DNA of 40,547 bases from Octopus bimaculoides. Its lineage: Eukaryota. Location: NCBI RefSeq assembly GCF_001194135.2, contig NC_068994.1:38760301-38800847 (forward strand), given 5' to 3'. Positions within the stretch are counted from its first letter, which is position 1. Every line of letters begins with the position of its first letter. Below are positions 11,456 through 21,065 of the stretch, piece by piece. The position numbers and the translations under genes were made by a program. Under the pieces are notes generated by a model that worked only from the letters and a program-made list of their open reading frames with translations, was not told the origin of the DNA and did no database searches.

Positions 11456-11712
11456 TGTGTGAGAGAGAGCAGGTGTCTAGTCTATGAAAGATGAACAAAG
11501 ATGAATGAAACAGAAAAGTAAAGAGGGGTTTTTGCAACTCCCAGCAAGTAATGTGTGCTGTTCAGCCAATGACAGACTGGTAGAGGTTTGAAAGAGAGAA
11601 GGAGGAGGAGGATGAGAAGAGTGATAGTTAAAATAAAGAGCGATAGAGTAAAAGAATCAAATCCTTCTCTTAATATTGCATCAATGAACATTTAAAGAGA
11701 GGGGATGAGTCA
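11450..11712 (-). promoter_or_regulatory. Putative protocadherin promoter
   Basis: Inr-like TCAGTC (11455-11450), E-box GCAGGTG (11469-11475), NF-Y-type AGCCAATGAC (11564-11573), AP-1 TGAGTCA (11706-11712) and GA-rich tracts. Motif matches only. Confidence 0.5.
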
Positions 11713-11887
11713 CAATAAAGTCTTATCTACATTTCTCACTTTATATATGATGACAGAACAATCACTTTTATAACTTACACTATCAAAAAAATTCTTTTTC
11801 TCGGATTATCCATTGTATATGCATACATATATATATAAACACACACATACATACATATGTATATATGCATGTGTGTGTGAGTGTGTG

Positions 11888-11919
<32 letters not shown>

Positions 11920-12445
11920 AATACACAAACACATATATGCATTTATGCACATGTACATACATGTATATATACTCACACACAAAGATATATATATATATAT
12001 ATATATATACTTACATAAATATCTGTTTGAGTATACACACACATCAATTAAACAACTGACTTTGTCATTTATTTTGTGTTCTAATTTTCAACTTTTTTAC
12101 TATTTAAACTGAATGCTTTCTTTCCCAGCAAAGAATTATTATTATTACCACTACTATTACTATTACTACTATTACTACTAATAGTGACAATCATAATCAT
12201 ATTATGCAAACCACGAATAATATAGATATCAATGATAAGGAATTCTTTTATTTGCCACAGGAACAATAGATGGAGTGAATATCAGAAAGATAAATTAAAA
12301 AAAAAAAAAGAATGATGTGTGGGCTGTGTTACAATGGATATAATAGAAAAATGACAACCGGAAATAAACATAAGAATAAATTGATAACATGATATGAAGA
12401 AGTTAATGATGATGATGATGATGGTGATGATAATAACAATAATGA

Positions 12446-12665
12446 TCCTTTCTACAATAGGCACAGGGCCTGAAATTTTGGGGAAGGGAGCTAGGTGATT
12501 GCTTTGACTCCAGTTCTCAAATGGTACTTGTTTCATTGACATCAATAGGATGGATGGAAGGTGAAGTTGATTTCAGTTTTTTTTTTTTTAAACTCAGAAT
12601 GTAGAGTCAGAAGAAATATTGCTAAGCATTTTGTTCAGCATGCTAACGGTTCTGTTAAATTGCCA
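12446..12665 (-). mobile_element. SINE family B
   Basis: TCCTTTCTACAATAGGCACAGGGCCTGAAATTTTGGG...GCATGCTAACGGTTCTG; flanked by (AAT/GAT)n on both sides. Confidence 0.85.
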
Positions 12666-12694
12666 TAATAATAATAATGATAATAATAATGATG

Positions 12695-12726
<32 letters not shown>

Positions 12727-12730
12727 GATG

Positions 12731-12782
<52 letters not shown>

Positions 12783-12801
12783 TGGTAACAACAACAATAA
12801 C

Positions 12802-13067
12802 GTGATCCAGAAGACAGCATTGTTGGGTACAGAAAAACATATTTAGAATATTGGAGCTCCTGTCAGACTCGAGGTGATCCAGAAGAGAGTATTGTTGGGT
12901 ACAGCTTGCATTCTAAAGAGAGTATTGTCTCTTTGAGTCACAGGAGAAGGTAATACTTGAAACCTTTGGTGATTTGTTATTGCTTGCTTTCAAGTAAAGA
13001 ATTACTGGTAATTAAGAACTATCTGAGAATCCTTCAGAATAACAACAATAATGACAATAATAATAAT
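12802..13067 (+). mobile_element. 5'-truncated R4/Dong(Rex6)-like non-LTR retrotransposon 3' end
   Basis: Translates as IQKTALLGTEKHI*NIGAPVRLEVIQKRVLLGTACILKRVLSL* (stop 12934-12936), matching from recall the QKxALLGTAxILRxVL C-terminus of R4-clade ORFs. Followed by ~100 nt 3'UTR and an (AAT/AAC)n tail; sits in an (AAT)n array. Confidence 0.7.
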
Positions 13068-13281
13068 CCTTTCTAATAAAGGCACAAGGCCTGAAATTTT
13101 GGGGGAGGGGACTAGTTGATGTAATCGACCCTAGTGTTTCACTGGTACTTAATTTATCGACCTTGAAAAGATGGAAGGCAAAGTCAACCTCGGTAGAATT
13201 TGAACTCAGAACGTGAAGACAGATGAAATACCACTGAGCATTTCACCCAGTGTGCTAGCATTTCTGCCAGCTTGCCACCAC
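13067..13281 (-). mobile_element. SINE family B, near full length
   Basis: Complete pattern including GGCAAAGTCAACCTCGGTAGAATTTGAACTCAGAACG; (AAT)n on both sides. Confidence 0.9.
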
Positions 13282-13303
13282 GATAATAATAATAATAACT
13301 GAT

Positions 13304-13492
13304 GGTTCCTGATTTAAGCACCAGGCCAGAAATTTTGAGGGGAGGGGTGTAGTTGACATCAATCCCAGTGCTTGACTGGTGCTTCTTTTATCAACCTTCA
13401 AAAGGATGCAAAGCAAAAATGACCCAGTGAGATTTAGATTCCAACTCATAATATAATGAGCTACATCAAATAATGACAGGCATTTCCTCCAG
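13304..13492 (-). mobile_element. SINE family B, diverged
   Basis: Second adjacent copy with the same motif order. Confidence 0.7.
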
Positions 13493-13676
13493 CATCCTTA
13501 TATATATATATAAATCCACAACTCATAATGGTTTTTAAAAAGGGACAATTGTGCCTGGAATTTTGTTGAAGAGGAGTTAGCCAAATAAATTGACCCCAGT
13601 GCTCGACTGATACTTTTTTTTACAATTCTATATTGCTGAGATGAGAACTTTATGTAATGTATATTGTTTATATTAG

Positions 13677-13724
13677 TCTATCTATCTATCTATCTATCTA
13701 TAGATAGATAGATAGATAGATAGA
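13677..13724. repeat. Perfect 48-bp palindrome (TCTA)6(TAGA)6
   Basis: Direct count; no spacer. Confidence 0.9.
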
Positions 13725-13955
13725 TACACACACTCACACACTCACACACACATACATATATACATATGTATGTATGTGTGTGTATATATANNNNNNNNNN
13801 NNNNNNNNNNNNNNNNNNNNNNNNNNNNNNNNNNNNNNNNNNNNNNNNNNNNNNNNNNNNNNNNNNNNNNNNNNNNNNNNNNNNNNNNNNNNNNNNNNNN
13901 NNNNNNNNNNNNNNNNNNNNNNNNNNNNNNNNNNNNNNNNNNNNNNNNNNNNNNN

Positions 13956-13991
<36 letters not shown>

Positions 13992-14085
13992 CATATACAA
14001 GGGATTATCTGAGAAAAGGAATTTTTTTGATAGTGTAAGTTATAAAAGTGATTGTTCTGTTCTGTCATCATATATAAAGTGAGAA

Positions 14086-14152
14086 ATGTATACTGTTTAT
14101 ATTGTAAACTGTTTATAAATGTATACTGTTTATAATGTATACTGTTTATATT
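14086..14152. repeat. 16-17-bp minisatellite ATGTATACTGTTTATA, about 4 copies
   Basis: Direct reading. Confidence 0.85.
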
Positions 14153-14254
14153 ATTCAAACTGGTACCCTCATCTTGATTGCTGCTTACACTATGTTTTGG
14201 CAATTGTATCCTCCAGCCTTCTTCAGATGTCTTGTGTTGAACTTGGTTGCAGTA

Positions 14255-14690
14255 TCAGAATGTGGCTCTGTGGTAAGAAGTTTCCTTCCCAACCAAATGG
14301 TTCTGGATTCAGTCTCATTGCTTGGCACCTTGGGCAAGTGTTTTCTATTATAGCCTCAAGCTGACCAGAGCCTTGTGTGGATTTGGTAGACGGAAATTAA
14401 AAGGAGCCCATCACATGTGTGTATGTGTGTGAGAATGTATGTGCATGAGTATGTGTGTGTGTGAGTGTGTCTTTGTGTCTGTGTTTGTCCCCCACTACCA
14501 CTTGACAACCTGTGATGGTGTGTTTATGTCTCCATAATTTAGTGTTTCAACAAAAGACACTGATAGACTAAGTACCAAGCTTAAAGAGAAAATAAGTACT
14601 GGGGTTGATTAGTTTGACTAAAATTCCTTTAAGTGGTGGCCCAGCATGATCACAGTGTAATGATTGAAATTAGTAAAAGAGTAAAAGAAT
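14255..14690 (+). mobile_element. tRNA-derived SINE, family A (working label), diverged copy
   Basis: Head TGGCTCTGTGG...GGATTCAGTC, CCTTGGGCAAGTG, internal (TG)n and GAGTAAAA tail; similar to the copies at 31391 and 39315. Confidence 0.8.
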
Positions 14691-15149
14691 GAAAGAAAAA
14701 CCTTTTATTTGATCTACAGGGGTGCACTGTTCTCATTCCATTCACTATGTTTCCTGACACTAATCGCATCAGTTGAATTATGTGAATTGCCTTGCGTGAA
14801 GTGTACAACAGCCAAAACATAGTGAGAGTTAAAATGAAGATGAGGGCACCTGTCCAATTAATATAGATAGAAAGCATAATACTTTATTTTATTTTACCAG
14901 GAGATATGAAAAGCAAAGTTGTAACTAGAGGGATTTGAACTCAAAATATAAAGAGTTGGAACAAATAACAAAGTAGTTTTTTCAGTACTTTAATAATTCT
15001 GACAATCCACCAATAGTGACCTGGGAATGAAATATGCTTCAAGGGTGCAAACTCAGGTCCAATTTTTTTACAAACAAAGCTGACATTTTTTTAAAATCTA
15101 AATATCAAAACAAACACTGGTATAATAATATTTTTTATTATTATACAAG

Positions 15150-16030
15150 GAAAAGTAATGCTTCAAATCACTTCAAAACTTTTTCTATGCTTGCTTGTTT
15201 TGGTGATGAAGTTTTCCAAGATGTTGTCCAAAGTCTTTTCATTGCACAAGTTTTTATGTACATGCATTACAGCACAGTGTCTCAGATGATGTTGCTTCAG
15301 TGTGGTACAGAGTCAGGTCTTCAAACAGCAAAGTGTGCTGGACATTCTCTTGCATGATGCAACAGACTCAGGCTGCAACATGATGATTCTCATCACAAAG
15401 GCTTGTCCAAAGTGCTTTCAGAAGAATAGTGCACTGGTGAATAAAGTTCAATGCATCAGTGACTACGGTAACCATAGATTCAACTTCTTGCGAGACAAAG
15501 TCCAGAGAGTGGTCTCCACAGCATACAAAATATGTACCAGGAAACGTCTTTTAATCTCTTTTCTATTCCTGAAATGTTTCTGCTCATGTTACATGCCCCT
15601 TCAAAGGCAAAAGCAGCATAATTTTGAGCTCAGAGAAATGTTTAGTTGACAAAAAACATCAAGAATAACCTTAGTCAGTGTCTCTGAAATGTAGTCAGGA
15701 GGATTTTAAAAGCCAAGAAAGTCTTTGTGGACATCCTGGTTTTCAGAAACATGACAACAATTATTGATTCTTGTTCTATGCCAGAGCAATCGCATATAAT
15801 ACCAATAAACATGAAATTTTCAACCTTTTTCTGATCTCATGTTGGGTGTTATGAGAATATGCCTTAAGGATTTCATTTTGTATGGTATCAGAGAGGAAAT
15901 TCACTCTTTGTTTAAGCTACTGATTTACTTCTGCACTACATTCTTCAGCAAGTTCTTTTATGAAGTTTACAAAGTTTCCTGTCATATGCATTAGCTTTCT
16001 CTTCGAAGATAAAACCAGTAACTTCTTTTA
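15150..16030 (-). pseudogene. Degenerate hAT-family (ZMYM1/DUF4371-like) transposase relic
   Basis: Across stops and frameshifts: GNFVNFIKEL (~15979), NFLSDTIQNEILK (~15862-15900), HKDFLGF...SETLTKVILDV, AFEGACNMS (~15583-15610), YFVCCGDHSLD (~15499-15535). These correspond to the hAT GNF, S..IQNEI, DGAxNMSG and HCxxHxLNL motifs. TIRs not found. Confidence 0.85.
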
Positions 16031-16225
16031 GCTTTTACTAAGGATATTCCTTGATTCCTCAACGATAGAACTATGAACTGCTATTATCTTTCACTAAGGA
16101 GTTCCTTAATTCTCTGATCATAAAAGTGCTAACCTCTATTATCTTTCACTAAAGATGTTCCTTAATTCTTCGATGAACTGGTAACTATTTATATCCTTTA
16201 TTAAAGATATTCCTTAATTCTTTCA
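16025..16225. repeat. Degenerate ~55-bp tandem repeat, 4 copies
   Basis: A(C/T)TAA(G/A)GAxxTTCCTT(A/G)ATTC core at 16037, 16093, 16148 and 16200. Confidence 0.75.
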
Positions 16226-16689
16226 CTCCAAAGATGGAATAATTGGCTTATATGGAAAGCTTTGCTCAATGACATATGGTCCACATACTTAGCTAGTCTA
16301 GAAATAACTGTAAGAAACTTCATGCATTATTTCTTAATCCTATAGTATAATTACGTTTAAATTATAAATTACATGCTCTAAAGTGATACCACATGCTTTA
16401 CTTGTTAATCTCTCTTTCTAATATATATCCATCAGCTCTAGGATGAACCACTAATAGCCATCTTCAATAGGCAGCTTCAACAACACCTTTCTTTCAGTTG
16501 CTGTTCAAGCTGCAGTTTTGGTGGTAAACCAGCCTGAGCACTTATAGTACATACCTACTACATCATGTCATTAGACAAAGTTTTTTTAAATCTATACATA
16601 TATATATAATTATGGTATATTATGGTATGTTGACACAAATTTTTTCAATTAATCTGCATCACTGGAGCCGCAGCTGTTGCCTGTCATTC

Positions 16690-17295
16690 TTTTTCTTTTC
16701 CTCCTTTCTTAACAGAAGTTTCTAGAGTGACCTTTACTACCACATGTGTAACAACTAAATCTTCTCTCCTATACCACCAGCTTAATGGACCTCCTCTTCG
16801 CTCACACACTGGGACACAGCTCCATTATAGTCTTATAATGTTCAGAAATTATAAGGATCTAGATGTCAATGTAAAACTTCACCTGACCATATGTAATAGT
16901 GGGTCAGTTCCACAAGTTCCACTTGTATATCTTCACCATACATATGCTTCTAGTATTTGTCTGTGGGTAGGGGTGCTGTACACCAGCTCTACCAGTCTCA
17001 TCTCATTTTCTGCTTTAAACACCAAGAATATTGCTTCCACATTCCATAATTCTATTACACATCAACCAGAGCTGCTTCCTTTTTCATTCTGAAGCCCAAT
17101 GACACTCTTTCTTCCTCCCTTTTTTTCTGGTTCTCTTTCTTTGAAGATAGAGATAAATCATCTTTCTCCTTAGCCCATCCTTGATGAAAATCTTAAAGTA
17201 AACAAGCACTTTTTTGGGACATACCACTTTCGTGATTCTTCCGTTATCTAGAGTTGACCTTCCTTTATCCACATTATTCATTTTTACACACATTT
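16690..17295 (-). pseudogene. Degenerate retroelement ORF1/Gag-like relic with CCHC zinc knuckle
   Basis: 16753-16712 encodes CYTCGSKGHSRNFC (exact CX2CX4HX4C), preceded by IKLVV*ERRFS; the upstream part is broken by stops. The extent is approximate. Confidence 0.6.
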
Positions 17296-17438
17296 TTCTT
17301 TTTCTTGCTAGTATAAATTACACGAATGCTTTACAGCTGGATGCCCTTTCTGTTACTAATCCTTACCTGTTTTTCAAGTAAGGAATATCTTATTCCACAT
17401 GACAGCAACATCAATGTTCACGACTGTAAGTAAACAAG

Positions 17439-17489
<51 letters not shown>

Positions 17490-18415
17490 GCACACACACA
17501 GATACATACACATAGACATACACACACACAGATACATACACANNNNNNNNNNNNNNNNNNNNNNNNNNNNNNNNNNNNNNNNNNNNNNNNNNNNNNNNNN
17601 NNNNNNNNNNNNNNNNNNNNNNNNNNNNNNNNNNNNNNNNNNNNNNNNNNNNNNNNNNNNNNNNNNNNNNNNNNNNNNNNNNNNNNNNNNNNNNNNNNNN
17701 NNNNNNNNNNNNNNNNNNNNNNNNNNNNNNNNNNNNNNNNNNNNNNNNNNNNNNNNNNNNNNNNNNNNNNNNNNNNNNNNNNNNNNNNNNNNNNNNNNNN
17801 NNNNNNNNNNNNNNNNNNNNNNNNNNNNNNNNNNNNNNNNNNNNNNNNNNNNNNNNNNNNNNNNNNNNNNNNNNNNNNNNNNNNNNNNNNNNNNNNNNNN
17901 NNNNNNNNNNNNNNNNNNNNNNNNNNNNNNNNNNNNNNNNNNNNNNNNNNNNNNNNNNNNNNNNNNNNNNNNNNNNNNNNNNNNNNNNNNNNNNNNNNNN
18001 NNNNNNNNNNNNNNNNNNNNNNNNNNNNNNNNNNNNNNNNNNNNNNNNNNNNNNNNNNNNNNNNNNNNNNNNNNNNNNNNNNNNNNNNNNNNNNNNNNNN
18101 NNNNNNNNNNNNNNNNNNNNNNNNNNNNNNNNNNNNNNNNNNNNNNNNNNNNNNNNNNNNNNNNNNNNNNNNNNNNNNNNNNNNNNNNNNNNNNNNNNNN
18201 NNNNNNNNNNNNNNNNNNNNNNNNNNNNNNNNNNNNNNNNNNNNNNNNNNNNNNNNNNNNNNNNNNNNNNNNNNNNNNNNNNNNNNNNNNNNNNNNNNNN
18301 NNNNNNNNNNNNNNNNNNNNNNNNNNNNNNNNNNNNNNNNNNNNNNNNNNNNNNNNNNNCGTCGTCACCGTTGTCACCACCACCACTGCCGTATGTAAAT
18401 ATATGTATATATTAT

Positions 18416-18560
18416 TCTTTTACTTGTTTCAGTCATTTGACTGTGGCCATGCTGGAGCATTGCCTTTAGTCGAACAAAATGAAACCAAGAGTTAATCTTT
18501 GTAAGCTTGATACTTATTCTATTGATTTCTTTTGCCAAACTGCTAAGTTATGGAGAACAA
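18416..18560 (-). mobile_element. SINE family A, 3' fragment
   Basis: Reverse complement of CAGCATGGCCACAGTCAAATGACTGAAACAAGTAAAAG. Confidence 0.8.
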
Positions 18561-18629
18561 AGAACATAAAGGAGGACAAAATGCTGTTGAGCATTTTTCC
18601 TGGCATACTAACATTTCTGTCAGTTCATC

Positions 18630-18810
18630 TAACATTGACCCCAATAATTGGCTGGTAATAAACTTTATCTTCCCTGACTTCGGTGAAGCTGACTTCGGTG
18701 AATCTGACTTCGGTGAAGCTGACTTCGGTGAGATTTGAACTCAGAATGTAAAGAGTCAGAAGAAATGCAACTGAGATTTTTGTTCAACTTGCTAACAATT
18801 GTGCCGGATA
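18630..18810 (-). mobile_element. SINE family B fragment containing a 15-bp x4 expansion
   Basis: TTGACCCCA...GATTTGAACTCAGAATGTAAAG...TGCTAACAATTGTGCC. Confidence 0.65.
18674..18733. repeat. 15-bp tandem repeat CTGACTTCGGTGAAG x4
   Basis: Units at 18674, 18689, 18704 and 18719. Confidence 0.95.
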
Positions 18811-19852
18811 AAAAATAAATAAGTGTGACATATCCCTCGCTCATTTAGGATGTGTTGTATTGTTAAAATCTAATCATGACATATAAATTTGTGCTTACTT
18901 TTGAAATGTAATGTTTCAGAATGAGGGTAACTTTAAAAGAAGAAGGAGAAGATGAAGAAGGAAAAAAGAAGAAGAAAATGAATGAAGAATTTTTTTAGAA
19001 AATGGCAAAAAATAGCAAATGCATTGTATGTATAGTTGTATATTAAAATTTGCATTATCAAGTGTTGTTATGGTTTCTCACAACTATTTCTTCTTTGTTA
19101 AAGAAGCACTAACTGGCTACTGGTATATCTTTTAATAAAAAGATCAAGTAGATTGTAGTGTTGTTTTTATGGACATTTACCTCTTCTGATAAAAAAGAAA
19201 ATAAATTATATCATTTCCAAAATATTTCATTAAAAATAAAGAAAAAATAACAAAATGAATAAAAAATGCAAAAAATACAACAAATAATACAAAGCAAACA
19301 AAACTATAAAATAAAAATAACACATGCACCCCCACCTCCACACACACACAGATGCAAATAAAGAACAATAAAAACTAATACAAAATTGCAACAAAAAATT
19401 TACAAAATAAGAAAGTAAAACTAAATTCCTATTTATTTTATTAATTTGTATTATCATTATTTTTTTTATCTTGAAGATTATGATTCTTCTCAGTGAGTAT
19501 AAATGTATAAATATTCTGGAGAAGACAAAAAAAAAAAAAATCAGAAAAAAGCAAAGAAAAAAATAATAAATAATAACTGACAATTGCTCAGAGAAAAATT
19601 TCAATTTTTAATTCATGCTGATAATTCTAATTTAAACTTGAAATAGGTCTCCTTCACATTGCTAATGAAGAATTAAGCCTGGTTTTCTAATTGAAATAAA
19701 ATGATTTATATAACATATAGAAATATGGATCTTTTTTAGCATTTTCAATGAATTTATATTATCATAGAAAAACAATATAGCAGAAGAGCTGAAATTATTA
19801 AGACTGGCTTGTGTGAAAGAGTGTGTATATTGTGTGCGTGCGTGCATGCGTG

Positions 19853-19885
<33 letters not shown>

Positions 19886-19945
19886 CTGTGTAACTGTGTG
19901 TGTGTGTTTGTGTTTGTGTGTGTGTGTGCGTGTGTGAATGCTGCA

Positions 19946-20105
19946 TACCACCACCACTACCGCCGCCAACACCACAACCATCATTGACGACACCATTGTA
20001 ATTACAGGCTCCATAAAAATTATGATGATGATAATGATGATGATAATGATGACGATGACGATGACAATGATAATGACAGTAATGATGTCGAGTATGATAA
20101 TGAGG

Positions 20106-20136
<31 letters not shown>

Positions 20137-20242
20137 TGGCAATGATGATGATGATGATGATGGTGATGAGGATGATGATGATTATGATGATGATGATGGT
20201 GGTGGTGGTGATGATGATGACGACGACAACGACGACGATGAC

Positions 20243-20279
<37 letters not shown>

Positions 20280-20301
20280 ATGATGATGATGATGGTGGTG
20301 G

Positions 20302-20352
<51 letters not shown>

Positions 20353-20414
20353 CGACGACGATGATGGTGATGCTAATCAACATCATCATCATCTGCAACT
20401 GCAGTATCAACACC

Positions 20415-20447
<33 letters not shown>

Positions 20448-20734
20448 TGCAGCAGCAGCAGCAGCACCACCACCACCACCACCACCACTACTACCCACCC
20501 ATTCATCCATTCCCCTTTCTCCTTCTCTGCCTACAACTCATTCAAAGCAAAAAAAAATTCTTATTACTTTGGTTATCAATTTTGCTATCAATTAGTTGTT
20601 GTAGTTGTTGCTGTTATTACTGCTGCTGCTGCTGTTTGCTGTTGTTATTACTGTTGTTGTTGTTATTCTTATCCTTTTTACTGTCACCGCTGCAATTGTT
20701 GTTTTGTTACTTCCTTTCCTTAATAATAATAATC

Positions 20735-20765
<31 letters not shown>

Positions 20766-21009
20766 TAGTTGTAGTTGTAGTTGTTGTTGTTATCATTAGC
20801 ATTCTTACTTTGCTGCCATTTTTTCAATCATTATTTATTGTTGTAATTATTGTTGTTGTTGTAGAATTGATTATTCTTGTTGTTATTGTTATCATCATTA
20901 TCATTATCATCATCATCATCATCATCATCATTATGAGCAGCAACAGCACTACCATTATCATCATCACCTGCAACTCTATCATAATTTTTAATAATCAGGA
21001 GAAAGAAAA

Positions 21010-21050
<41 letters not shown>

Positions 21051-21065
21051 CCATCATCACCATTA
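19946..21065. repeat. Large compound trinucleotide field (GAT/GGT/GAC, CAT/CAC/CAG, GTT/GCT, AAT, CAT)
   Basis: Direct reading. Confidence 0.95.

Noticed and set aside
15034-15649. Two + strand ORFs of 107 and 115 aa
   Set aside because: Antisense shadows of the hAT relic; no recognisable domain.
18674-18733. CRISPR-like array
   Set aside because: Eukaryotic context; units are contiguous with no unique spacers.
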